Position numbers and translations under genes: made by a program | Part shown: positions 27,058-35,920 of the stretch, one piece after another | Layout of the letters: every line of letters begins with the position of its first letter | Position numbering within the stretch: position 1 is the stretch's first letter | The notes under the pieces: model-generated | What the model was told of the DNA's origin: nothing | Database searches by the model: none | The model's input: the letters and a program-made list of their open reading frames with translations, nothing else | Origin: a virus | Lineage: Duplodnaviria > Caudoviricetes | Length of the DNA: 55,237 bases | Reading direction: 5' to 3' (one strand) | Virus record (IMG/VR): IMGVR_UViG_3300020201_000024 | Location: 1 to 55,237 of that record

Positions 27058-28361
27058 ATTAAAACTACCTCAATTCCAAATTCTTCTCTAAGAATTTTAC
27101 GCTGACAGTTGTAATGGTCTCTAGTCCATTTGTGGGAAGGGTCTTTAAACAAAATGACCTTGCAAGTATCCTTACCTGGATACATCCTAAACCCTCTGCC
27201 AACCCATTGCAAGAACGAATTTTTAGCTTTACCTAACCCCGCGATAATAATGTACTCCGCAGGCTTGGTATCTACCCCCTCCCCCAAAACTCCCGTAGTT
27301 CCAATCAGTACGTTTAACTTTCTGGAGGTAAATTTGGCTATAAGATCTTTAGAGTTATTGGATACCCCGTTAGCAAACGGCATGCCTGTAAGTTGAGAGA
27401 GAATGTCCCCGTGTTCAATTTCTTTTACCAGGCAAAGGGCGCTTTTACCCGCATCTTGTAACATCTTAAGTTGATTGGAGATTAACTCATTGCGGTGCTG
27501 GTTCCTAATTACCGCCTGCGTGTATACGGCCCGCCAAGTGGTGCCGGTATACGTTACCCGGGGTAACTCGTAGACATACGCCTCTACAGGGCATATGAGT
27601 CTTTTAGCGACCGCATGCGCGTGAGGTACCCGGTAGGCTACCCCCGCGATAAGGCTCTCCATTAGAATGTTTTCCTCCTCTTGGGACCTAAAAGGTGTCG
27701 CCGTAAGGCCGCAGCGGTAGTAGATAGTGCTGCCTATTGTTTTATTGATCTGGCGGTAGGTTTTGGCGGCTGCGTGATGGTACTCGTCTAGTATCATCAT
27801 GCCGTAGTTTAGCCCGGTTGTTTTGTTTTCTATAGCATCAATATTTTCAACTGCAATTAGCGCGCCCCAAGGGCCTACGTCTAAACCGGGGAAAAACTCC
27901 CGCAAGCTGCTAGTAAGCTGCTCCTTCAGGTTCAGGTTAGGCACCACAATAAGCGTCGGTACGTTTATAGCTTCGATAAGAAGCGCAATGACAACTGACT
28001 TACCCACCCCGGTAGATGCGACTAGTACCCCCTGGTGTGCGCGCTTTAGAGCCTGCACCATGGCGGTCTGCTCCTCGTAAGGGGTAAAGGGTAGGCGGAG
28101 CATGAAGGGCGTCGTGTGGGGGCTAGGAATGGCCCTATTGTCATTTAGAGAGAGGGTCCAGCCTTGATGCTCTGCTAAAACAACTAAGCGGAGAAGGAGG
28201 CCGGTAGCAAAGTGACCTTTTTTGTCAATCAAAGGCTTACGGTAGTTTACGCCATAAAAACTTTTGGGCGGCAAGTAGGACAACTCCCGACGGATGAGGG
28301 CGAACTGAGCCGCGGTGTACCCCTCAACCCTCGAAACAGAATTGTTTACCGTGACCTGCAT
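27054..28361 (-). CDS. Superfamily 2 DExH helicase (UvsW-like)
   Basis: Walker A TGVGKS, DEYHH, GLTATP, GEGVD, QWVGRGFR. Confidence 0.9.
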   Translation of the reverse strand: MQVTVNNSVSRVEGYTAAQFALIRRELSYLPPKSFYGVNYRKPLIDKKGHFATGLLLRLVVLAEHQGWTLSLNDNRAIPSPHTTPFMLRLPFTPYEEQTAMVQALKRAHQGVLVASTGVGKSVVIALLIEAINVPTLIVVPNLNLKEQLTSSLREFFPGLDVGPWGALIAVENIDAIENKTTGLNYGMMILDEYHHAAAKTYRQINKTIGSTIYYRCGLTATPFRSQEEENILMESLIAGVAYRVPHAHAVAKRLICPVEAYVYELPRVTYTGTTWRAVYTQAVIRNQHRNELISNQLKMLQDAGKSALCLVKEIEHGDILSQLTGMPFANGVSNNSKDLIAKFTSRKLNVLIGTTGVLGEGVDTKPAEYIIIAGLGKAKNSFLQWVGRGFRMYPGKDTCKVILFKDPSHKWTRDHYNCQRKILREEFGIEVVLI

Positions 28362-28364
28362 GGC

Positions 28365-28697
28365 TCAGTTAGTTACTTGGCAGTTTGCGCCGATGTGCAG
28401 GTTGCAGCCCGAAGGCGAGGTAGACGCATAGTTACCCGGGGGAAGCTCTGCCAGCCAAGCCGAAGTGCCGTTCCACATAACCCCGTAGAGCTTGCCCTCG
28501 ATGCACAAGGCCGATTCAGGGAAGCTGCTAGGGTACTGTATTACCTGCTGGGGGCACAGTTGAATAGGTACCAGGGAGGGGGCAACCCCGGCCTGACCTG
28601 CAGCCCCGGTAGGCCCCTTAGGTCCGGGGGGACCGATAAGCTCAGGTCCGCAGGCGGTAAAAGCTAGTACTACTAACAGTAAAATTAGAGTTTTCAT
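28365..28697 (-). CDS. Lipoprotein with short collagen-like G-X-Y stretch
   Basis: Signal peptide with lipobox FTAC; GPPGPKGPTGAAGQAG. Confidence 0.75.
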   Translation of the reverse strand: MKTLILLLVVLAFTACGPELIGPPGPKGPTGAAGQAGVAPSLVPIQLCPQQVIQYPSSFPESALCIEGKLYGVMWNGTSAWLAELPPGNYASTSPSGCNLHIGANCQVTN

Positions 28698-28703
28698 ATA
28701 TAC

Positions 28704-28732
28704 AAGCTACCCTACTCTATTATCTAAGTCAA
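28704..28732 (-). promoter_or_regulatory. Sigma70-like promoter for the lipoprotein-helicase-repeat operon
   Basis: TTGACT-17 nt-TAGCTT on the minus strand. Confidence 0.6.
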
Positions 28733-28739
28733 GGGGCTA

Positions 28740-29070
28740 CTCTGACCCCTAACCCCCTCCCCATAGCTCCTACTAGCCTTGATAACCAAGGCTTGCGTTG
28801 ATCTGGAGGTCAACCTGCTACTGCTAGCCTTATTCACACCCGGTTTGCTGGGGCTATTAGGTGCCCAACTACCATTAAAACCGTTATCAAGGCGCTTACG
28901 CGAATGGGTGTGATTTCTGCCTTATGCTTAGTGGCCCTTTACACCGCTTGGCCCGGAGTGAGTCCCGGTCTTGATCCAGCTTTGCATGTAAAGAACCTCT
29001 TAGACCTTGACTTCTTAGGTTTCAGGTCGGTGAGCCTAGTTTAGAGACTGTTAGGCTATCCTTCGTCTTG
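28740..29070 (-). ncRNA. Candidate structured non-coding RNA (~330 nt)
   Basis: No ORF of 60 aa or more; several nested helices and a GUAA tetraloop on the minus strand; upstream sigma70-like promoter. Confidence 0.4.
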
Positions 29071-29076
29071 TGGTAT

Positions 29077-29105
29077 ACTCTATAGTAGGATATGGTACCT
29101 GTCAA
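29077..29105 (-). promoter_or_regulatory. Sigma70-like promoter
   Basis: TTGACA-17 nt-TAGAGT on the minus strand. Confidence 0.6.
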
Positions 29106-29139
29106 GGGTTTACTTGATTTAACAGGGTTATAATTTGAT

Positions 29140-29168
29140 TTGACATTAGCGGAGTTGTTTAGTAGCCT
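29140..29168 (+). promoter_or_regulatory. Sigma70-like promoter for the rightward early operon
   Basis: TTGACA-17 nt-TAGCCT. Confidence 0.6.
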
Positions 29169-29210
29169 ATGGTCTGTAGCTGCACTTTATCAAACTTAAG
29201 AGGTAACTAA

Positions 29211-29531
29211 ATGAAAAAAATCACTGAAATTCAGTTGAAGGAGATCCTAGCTAAGCATTTGGAATGGTTGAAAAATCCCGAAGAGGGGGAACGTGCAAAC
29301 CTAAGCGGCGCGGACCTAAGCAACACGGACCTAAGCAACGCGGAGCTTAGCTATGCGGACCTTCGCGATGCGGACCTCGGTAAGGCAGACCTAAGCAACG
29401 CAAACCTTAGATGTGCAAACCTTAGATTTGCAAACCTCGCTGGTGCGGACCTCTACTGCACCGACCTTCGCGATGCGGACCTAGGATATGCGTACCTCTA
29501 CGGCGCGAACCTGCGCGGTACAAAGTTCTAA
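29211..29531 (+). CDS. Pentapeptide repeat protein 1
   Basis: A[DN]Lxx repeats after MKKITEIQLKEILAKHLEW. Confidence 0.92.
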   Translation: MKKITEIQLKEILAKHLEWLKNPEEGERANLSGADLSNTDLSNAELSYADLRDADLGKADLSNANLRCANLRFANLAGADLYCTDLRDADLGYAYLYGANLRGTKF

Positions 29532-29571
29532 AATAATCAAGCGTAAATCTGCCGAAGAGGAATGGAAATAG

Positions 29572-29949
29572 ATGTCGAGTAATACAAAAGTACTTACAAC
29601 GCAAGAACTGGTTTCAAGCTTAGCTAAGACATTGGCCCTTGGAATGTCAAAGCTTATTGACGGTCAGGCAGAGCACAGAGGCGGTGATGTAGCATTTCAC
29701 TTGTCTACGCAATTACTGGCGGCGTTTGTAGCTGCCAGAGCTTGTAACTCATTGAAAGTGCCGAGTAATCTAACCCCGCCTCAACAGTTTGAAGTGGCTT
29801 GCGCCTCTTTTCAAACTTTTAAGGTCGCCTGTCAAGAGGCAGTGGCGGCAGGATTTACTGCCGCAATGAGCGAATTTAGTGGACAACATGTAGAGTATTA
29901 TTGTCAAATTAAGGTAGTCCCGGAACCCCCCAGTAAGTTAGTTAATTAA
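29572..29949 (+). CDS. Hypothetical protein
   Basis: 125-aa ORF within the operon. Confidence 0.65.
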   Translation: MSSNTKVLTTQELVSSLAKTLALGMSKLIDGQAEHRGGDVAFHLSTQLLAAFVAARACNSLKVPSNLTPPQQFEVACASFQTFKVACQEAVAAGFTAAMSEFSGQHVEYYCQIKVVPEPPSKLVN

Positions 29950-29961
29950 TAAAGGAGCTTT

Positions 29962-30216
29962 ATGAATAAGATGGTTGGTTTGGTTTTTGTGTACCCTCTG
30001 GTTTTTGTGATTGCGATGGTATTGAGTATCATGTCTTGTAGCCCCCCCTCCCCGAAGGCTAAGACCTTGTGCGTTCACCCGTTTGTCAATGGCGGGCAAC
30101 CGACGGTACTCTCCGAAGACGCTATGACCATGAACAACGGTCAAATCGTATTCACCGATGGGGACCGCCTCATTCGACTTAACGGTGCCCTTTGCATCAC
30201 GGTGGGGCAGAAATAA
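29962..30216 (+). CDS. Membrane-anchored or lipoprotein-like hypothetical protein
   Basis: AAGGAG SD; hydrophobic N-terminus ending IMSC. Confidence 0.6.
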   Translation: MNKMVGLVFVYPLVFVIAMVLSIMSCSPPSPKAKTLCVHPFVNGGQPTVLSEDAMTMNNGQIVFTDGDRLIRLNGALCITVGQK

Positions 30217-30217
30217 T

Positions 30218-30496
30218 ATGACTAAACTTGAACGAGCGGTCAATTCTTTGGATAACGACACCCTGGCAGAGCTAGGGGCTATGAGTCAACAGGGCCTTAA
30301 GGATCGCATTGTAGGGGCCTCAGAGACGATGAGGCAGGCCTTGGAGGAGCTTGAAAACAATGCTAACTATCAGAAGGTTAAAGAGGACAAGGCGGCCCTG
30401 GAAGCCGGTAAAAAGGAAGTTAATAAACGCCAAAAAGCTATTATTGAAGTGGCCTTGAGCCATTTGACGGGGCAGGCAACAAATGAAGCTAAATAA
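30218..30496 (+). CDS. Coiled-coil hypothetical protein
   Basis: Start re-called to ATG 30218; heptad-rich. Confidence 0.6.
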   Translation: MTKLERAVNSLDNDTLAELGAMSQQGLKDRIVGASETMRQALEELENNANYQKVKEDKAALEAGKKEVNKRQKAIIEVALSHLTGQATNEAK

Positions 30497-30911
30497 GAAC
30501 CTACAGCTAGGATTACTTTTTGCTCTTTACTTGGCACGTAGCGGGAGGACTACTATTCATTATGCGGCGTCCGGGTTGGGAGTTTCGGAACCTTTTTTGG
30601 CGCAAGTGGCACGGTTATTGCGTAAAGGCGGAGTAATTGTATCAAGTAAAGGGCCTAATGGGGGGTATGAGCTTAAAGGTGAGCCCCTGGTGTCGGACGT
30701 ATTCAAGGCTATCGCCCCGGTAAAGCTGCTCAGCACGTACCGGCTTCCCGGCTCTAGCCATGAATACAGGGCGCTACACGCCTTTGCGGGTAACCTTACG
30801 GCTTCCATGGCCCCCCTTATGAATCGTAAGATCAAAAACCTAGTAAACGAGGTTTATGCAAACGATACGGCTAAGTTTAACCGTACTTCCCCTTCGACGA
30901 GCATCAATTGA
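30483..30911 (+). CDS. Rrf2-family winged-helix transcription regulator
   Basis: MKL......GL....YLA; VSEPFLAQVARLLRKGGVI.S.KGPNGGYEL. Confidence 0.85.
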   Translation: MKLNKNLQLGLLFALYLARSGRTTIHYAASGLGVSEPFLAQVARLLRKGGVIVSSKGPNGGYELKGEPLVSDVFKAIAPVKLLSTYRLPGSSHEYRALHAFAGNLTASMAPLMNRKIKNLVNEVYANDTAKFNRTSPSTSIN

Positions 30912-31366
30912 CCACAAAAACTAAGGTAATTTCCGTACTGCTAATTACAGTCACCGCGTATGCGTTTGGGCGATGGAGTGCCCCGGAAAAGATTGTAGAG
31001 AAGCGCGTGGAAGTTGTTCGCGTAGACAAGAGTGTTGACACCAACAAAGACCAAAGAAAAGAGGTAGTAAAACACACGGTGACCAAGCCCGACGGCACCA
31101 CAGAGACCACAGAGACCACGGTAACCGATACTAAAAAAAAGACAGAAGTAACTGTTTCGACGGAAAAAAATGTGAGTACAGAAAAAACAGTGACTTTTAG
31201 CACTTCAAAGGTTACTATTATGGCTCTGGTAGGTTCGGAGTTGTCTTTGCCTTTGGTTCCGATTTATGGCCTTTCTATTACTAAACCTGTACTAGGCCCT
31301 GTTACCGCAGGCGCTTGGGGCTTTTCTAACCGGACCTTTGGGGTCTCTGTGGGGTTAACTTTTTAA
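30908..31366 (+). CDS. Membrane-anchored protein (possibly spanin-like)
   Basis: N-terminal TM segment, T/K/E-rich stalk, C-terminal beta strands ending in Phe. Confidence 0.5.
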   Translation: MTTKTKVISVLLITVTAYAFGRWSAPEKIVEKRVEVVRVDKSVDTNKDQRKEVVKHTVTKPDGTTETTETTVTDTKKKTEVTVSTEKNVSTEKTVTFSTSKVTIMALVGSELSLPLVPIYGLSITKPVLGPVTAGAWGFSNRTFGVSVGLTF

Positions 31367-31755
31367 TGGATATTTTAGCGCTTCAAGAAATTATTAAACA
31401 AGCATATGAGTCTGAAGTTACTGTGTCGGAGGCAGAAAAACACGCGGCTAGGTTCCTTGAGGCGCAGATTACTATCTCGTCTGCACTTAAGGAATGCGAT
31501 CTAGACTGCCGCATGCGCAAGACCGGCCTTAAAACTCTCAAATCTGCCATATATCTAAAAGAAGCCCGCAGCGGGGAAAAGAAGCCCTCAGATGTTATGA
31601 TTGAAGCGGTTATTAACCAGGATAAGCTGGTGGCCTCTGCTCAGGACGAGTTAGACGCGGTAGAGGTTACGCGTAACGAGTTTCAGAGTCATTACGAGAT
31701 ATGCCGAGAAGGGCACATCTTTTTTCGGGGTATTGCTAAAGGACGGTTCGAATGA
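31366..31755 (+). CDS. UvsY-like recombination mediator (putative)
   Basis: 129-aa helical protein directly upstream of the RecA-like gene; size and position as in T4-like modules. Confidence 0.45.
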   Translation: MDILALQEIIKQAYESEVTVSEAEKHAARFLEAQITISSALKECDLDCRMRKTGLKTLKSAIYLKEARSGEKKPSDVMIEAVINQDKLVASAQDELDAVEVTRNEFQSHYEICREGHIFFRGIAKGRFE

Positions 31756-32669
31756 TTAAAATTGACGTAGCCAATATTGTAGCCAATATGCAGAAGTTGT
31801 ACGCCAAAGATAAGAAAGCGCAGAGTATCATCTGCTCTGGAGACTCTGTAAAAACTTCATATCAGGAAAACAACGGCGCCCCCTTCCCAATCTCTCACCC
31901 CCTCCGAGTACTCACGGGCCTTCCCTGCGTCCCCTTCAATAAGATCATTCAGGTAGCGGGAAAGCCCGACTGCGGTAAAAGCACGTTTGCCGCAGAGCTA
32001 ATGGCTTCAAGCCAAAAGTCCGGCATCCAAGTCATTGTGTGGGACGCGGAGGACAAATTTGACGCCAACCGCTTCACCAAGATGGGCGGCATTCCCAAGG
32101 ATCTCCTAGTTATCAAGACCAATGAGATCCTAAAGGGCGCGGAACTTGTTCGCAAGTATATCACCGCCATTAAGGAGCAAGACGAGGAAGCTAAGATCCT
32201 CCTGGTATGGGACTCCGTAGGCGGTAGCCAGTCTAGAAGTCATGCAGAACGGGAGCTAGATAGCGAACGCCACGCACAGCCCGGGCAGGACGCCAAAGAG
32301 AATGGCTCAGTCATGAAGATGCTGGTAGCCCTCATTAACAAGTACCCAGACTCTATCGCTACATACCTGGTAAACCAGACCTACGCAAAAATTGGTTTTA
32401 TGATGAAAGGGGACGCCGCTTCTGGAGGCACTAAAATTGAGTACCATTCTTCCCTCATTATCATGCTCAAGCGCATCAAGGTGCTCACTAAGACTGTCAA
32501 GGGTGTAGTTAACAAGTACGGCATCCTAACCCGCGCCACGGTGTCTAAAAACCATTTGTCCCCGTCTGCTACCTCCGTTCATCAAATGGACTTCCAAATT
32601 ACCGCTGAAGGTGCTAAGGTATCAGAAGGAGCAACGGGAGATGAAGAAAATGAAGACTCAGAAGAGTAA
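31752..32669 (+). CDS. recA: RecA/UvsX-like recombinase
   Basis: GKPDCGKST Walker A; WDAE, VWDSV, VNQ, SGG..IEYHSS. Confidence 0.85.
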   Translation: MIKIDVANIVANMQKLYAKDKKAQSIICSGDSVKTSYQENNGAPFPISHPLRVLTGLPCVPFNKIIQVAGKPDCGKSTFAAELMASSQKSGIQVIVWDAEDKFDANRFTKMGGIPKDLLVIKTNEILKGAELVRKYITAIKEQDEEAKILLVWDSVGGSQSRSHAERELDSERHAQPGQDAKENGSVMKMLVALINKYPDSIATYLVNQTYAKIGFMMKGDAASGGTKIEYHSSLIIMLKRIKVLTKTVKGVVNKYGILTRATVSKNHLSPSATSVHQMDFQITAEGAKVSEGATGDEENEDSEE

Positions 32670-33642
32670 CCCCATCGCGGTACTAATCAGTGACATCCAT
32701 TTTACGTTGGGGACCCTAGAGCTAGCCTCCTCTGCACTCAGCACCGCTTTGCAGGATGCAAAGGCCAGAAATCTTTCTTTAGTCATTTGTGGCGATACTT
32801 TGGACGCTAAAGCTATCATTAGAGCCGAAATAGCCAACAGACTTATCAACCTGTTGTCTAATCCAGACAACCCAAAAATCTACCTTATAGTAGGTAACCA
32901 TGATATGTGTAACGAGAAGGGGAAAGAACACGCTTTAAACTTTTTACAGCCTTATTGTGACATTGTGTCCTACGCAAAAGAAGTTGTTTTAGGCAAGCAA
33001 AGTGTTTGGCTATTCCCCTACTTCTCAGATAGAGAGGAATTCGCACGATATATTCAACACCCGTACTGCTCTGACTTGGTTATCGGACACCAGGGCGTTT
33101 TAGGAGGTAACCCGGGACATTACATTCAGGACCCCGGCGCCATTGATCCAGAAATTTTGAGGGGTAAACGGTTTATTACAGGCCATTACCACGCGCATCA
33201 AGTAGAGGAAAATTATAGCTACGTGGGCACCCCCTACACTATCACATTTGGAGAGGCTAACGATCCTCCCAAAGGCTATTGCCTCCTAAATTCGGACGGC
33301 AGCCTGACACACGTTCTCCTTAATCTCCGCAAGCATATTATCGTAGAACGCACAACAGAAACACTTGCACAACCTATCATAAACTATGTCCCGGGAGACC
33401 TATTGTGGTTTAAACTCACGGGTAGTAGGATGGAGCTTGATCAAGTAGAGCGCGAAAACGTAGCCAAGGCCCTAGGCATCTCCGAAGGTTTCAAGTTTGA
33501 TAAAATATGCACAGACTCAAATGTGGTTCAGATGACTCCAAAAGTAGGTCAATCCGAGATTGAGATGCTGGATAAGATCATTGACGCTTCTAAGGTAGAT
33601 GACCCAGAAGCCGTAAAAGCTCTTTACAAAGGGATGATGTGA
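32641..33642 (+). CDS. SbcD/Mre11/gp47-like nuclease
   Basis: SDIH, CGD, GNHD, GHYH, YVGTP....FGE metallophosphoesterase motifs; adjacent to an SMC-like ATPase. Confidence 0.85.
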   Translation: MKKMKTQKSNPIAVLISDIHFTLGTLELASSALSTALQDAKARNLSLVICGDTLDAKAIIRAEIANRLINLLSNPDNPKIYLIVGNHDMCNEKGKEHALNFLQPYCDIVSYAKEVVLGKQSVWLFPYFSDREEFARYIQHPYCSDLVIGHQGVLGGNPGHYIQDPGAIDPEILRGKRFITGHYHAHQVEENYSYVGTPYTITFGEANDPPKGYCLLNSDGSLTHVLLNLRKHIIVERTTETLAQPIINYVPGDLLWFKLTGSRMELDQVERENVAKALGISEGFKFDKICTDSNVVQMTPKVGQSEIEMLDKIIDASKVDDPEAVKALYKGMM

Positions 33643-35249
33643 AAGTTTTAACCGCTAAAGCTACAAACTTCCAAAGTTACAAGGACTTAGAGTTTAACTA
33701 CTCCGATAAAGGCCTAGTCCTTATCTCAGGAGAGACGGGCGCGGGCAAATCCACACTCTTGGACCTGGTGTCTTGGACACTCTTTGGAGTCACGTCCAAA
33801 GAGGGGAAGGCAGACGACGCGGTATCTTGGGGAGCTAAAGAGACCAGCGCCACACTAACCGTAGCCTTTACTGACTACCGCGTCAAGGTTACCCGCACCC
33901 GTGGTAAGTCTAACGATCTGTATTGGTCAGAAGAGGAAGGCGGCGCGGACCTTCGGGGTAAGGACCTCACGGAAACGCAAAAACTTCTAGAAGCGCGATT
34001 AGGCGTGACTGCCGACCTTTTTCTTACCGCGTCCTATCTTACTCAGTTTTCTAAAGCCGACGAATTTTTTATCTCAAAAGCTAAAGATCGCAGGGACGTA
34101 CTGGAAAAAATTGCAGATCAGGATTTTGCAATCAAATTAGGCGTGCGCTCCTCAGAAGCGCGCAAAGCTGCAAAAAAGGAAGCAGAGACCCTAGAGGCTA
34201 AAGCCGCACGGTTAGCCGGTCAAATGGCCAGCCTAGAGGGTACCGTTGTTGACCTGAAACTTTCCGCCTCTACTTGGAAACAAACAAACCTTAATGAAAT
34301 TGCGGGAGTTAAAAAACTAGCTGTTAGTTTTCACAAGGACAACTTGGATAAAGCAGAGGCGCTTAAGTCTAAGAAGAACCTACTGGACGGTTCCCAAGAT
34401 ACCCTGTTGTTGTCTAATATGATCCAGGGGTTGCGGGTAGAGGCGGATTTTTGCTCTAAGAAACGCTGCAATCAATGCAGCGGCCCTACGGGGCATAAAG
34501 AAAGAGAAGAAAAACTTAAAGAAATCAGCATCTTAACCTCTGCCCTAAGAGATGCGCAAGCGGTAGTGGTCAAGATAGAGACCCTTACCATGCAGATCGA
34601 CCGCCTCTATACCGCATCTAACCCCCATACGCTGCAATTAGAAGCCCTACAGAAGCAAACTAATCCTTTTGTGGGCAAGGTATCGCAGTACGAGCTAGAA
34701 GCAGCCAAAGCCTCCCTAGATCACGGCAAAACCGTTGCGGAGCTAACCAACACCCGCACCCTGGTATCCCGCCTCTCCTATCTTTATGACGCCTCCATGA
34801 CACTTAGGGGCGTCCTAATGCAACAAGCTGTAGCCTGCCTCCAAAACGAGACAAATAAGTACCTAGAACAGTTTTTTGACGCCCCTATTAGAGTAGAGTT
34901 GACGTTAGAGGACTCAGACCGCATTGAAGTTGTGATCTGTAATGGCGGGTACGAAGCCTCCTTTAAGGCCCTGTCAGGAGGAGAGCGGTGCATGCTTAAA
35001 CTGGCGTTCAGTCTCAGCCTTATGCGCTTAGCTCAGGAACGGGCAGGAGTAGCCTTCGGGCAAATATTCTTAGATGAGCCTATGAACGGACTAGATACAG
35101 GGCTTAAAGGTAATGCTTTTGGTTTACTACAGAAATTAGCCCGCACGTACCCCACGGTAATGGTTATTGAACACGACGAAGAGATTAAAAATATGTTTGA
35201 TAAAAAATATACCGTGACAAAAAGCAACGGCAATAGTACCGTTACTTAA
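33639..35249 (+). CDS. SbcC/Rad50/gp46-like ATPase
   Basis: NFQSY, GETGAGKST, central CNQC hook, LSGGE signature, FLDE, IEH. Confidence 0.9.
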   Translation: MKVLTAKATNFQSYKDLEFNYSDKGLVLISGETGAGKSTLLDLVSWTLFGVTSKEGKADDAVSWGAKETSATLTVAFTDYRVKVTRTRGKSNDLYWSEEEGGADLRGKDLTETQKLLEARLGVTADLFLTASYLTQFSKADEFFISKAKDRRDVLEKIADQDFAIKLGVRSSEARKAAKKEAETLEAKAARLAGQMASLEGTVVDLKLSASTWKQTNLNEIAGVKKLAVSFHKDNLDKAEALKSKKNLLDGSQDTLLLSNMIQGLRVEADFCSKKRCNQCSGPTGHKEREEKLKEISILTSALRDAQAVVVKIETLTMQIDRLYTASNPHTLQLEALQKQTNPFVGKVSQYELEAAKASLDHGKTVAELTNTRTLVSRLSYLYDASMTLRGVLMQQAVACLQNETNKYLEQFFDAPIRVELTLEDSDRIEVVICNGGYEASFKALSGGERCMLKLAFSLSLMRLAQERAGVAFGQIFLDEPMNGLDTGLKGNAFGLLQKLARTYPTVMVIEHDEEIKNMFDKKYTVTKSNGNSTVT

Positions 35250-35251
35250 GA

Positions 35252-35635
35252 GTGAAAAATCCAAGGATCACACATAAAGAGCGGGGGTTACTTAAAGGAG
35301 CGATTAGACGCGTATTCAGTCGCTCCGATATCCGCCGCAAGGTAGTAGAGTTGACAGTAGTAAAACATTACGACACAAGCCGCCCCCGCGTAAAGAAATG
35401 GTCAGTTTGCCCCCTATGCGAGCAGTTCACCCCTACCTACCTGTTACAGGTTGATCATAGAGACCCTATCGTCCCAACTCACACTTCTTTAGAAGAGATG
35501 TCATGGGATACAGTAATAGATCGCGTGTGGTGCGCAGAAAATAACCTCTTAGCAATCTGCAAACCTTGCCATAGAGAGAAGACACGGTTAGAAAACAAAG
35601 AACGCAGGAAAAACAAAGGAGCAAAAAGTGAGTAA
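35252..35635 (+). CDS. HNH endonuclease
   Basis: CPLC...VDH..P...NL..ICKPCH..KT. Confidence 0.85.
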   Translation: MKNPRITHKERGLLKGAIRRVFSRSDIRRKVVELTVVKHYDTSRPRVKKWSVCPLCEQFTPTYLLQVDHRDPIVPTHTSLEEMSWDTVIDRVWCAENNLLAICKPCHREKTRLENKERRKNKGAKSE

Positions 35636-35894
35636 TTCTAAGGATATCCGAAAGCAAATTCGCAACGTTATGCAGGCGGAGGCCCTCACGGTGCTTACCC
35701 AAGAAACCATGGAAGCCATTCGGAAGGAGCTTAAGGACCAAATTCGGAATGAGCTTGAGGTTTTAACTAAAGACCTCAAGGCTACCCTGGACCTGCGCAT
35801 TAAAGACATCGCTAAGCAAGTCTCAGATACCCTTGAATCTATTGCCAAACACAGCAAAGACATTCAAGCTTACGTGTTGCGCCAAAACAAGTAG
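35628..35894 (+). CDS. Coiled-coil hypothetical protein
   Basis: AAGGAG SD, GTG start. Confidence 0.65.
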   Translation: MSNSKDIRKQIRNVMQAEALTVLTQETMEAIRKELKDQIRNELEVLTKDLKATLDLRIKDIAKQVSDTLESIAKHSKDIQAYVLRQNK

Positions 35895-35920
35895 CACTAA
35901 ATCCAATGGTAGGAGACCTA

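Noticed and set aside
25015-27105. Many long alternative-frame ORFs (VRQRP-, CRT-, GVAVH-, PYT-rich), also at 171-732 and 54600-55192
   Set aside because: They are shadows of the stop-free GC-rich 18-nt repeat. The 393-aa ORF 25181-26362 is real only from GTG 25660.
28740-29070. tmRNA or RNase P RNA
   Set aside because: The size fits, but there are no tRNA-like ends with CCA or T-arm and no GAGGAAAGUCC-type signature.
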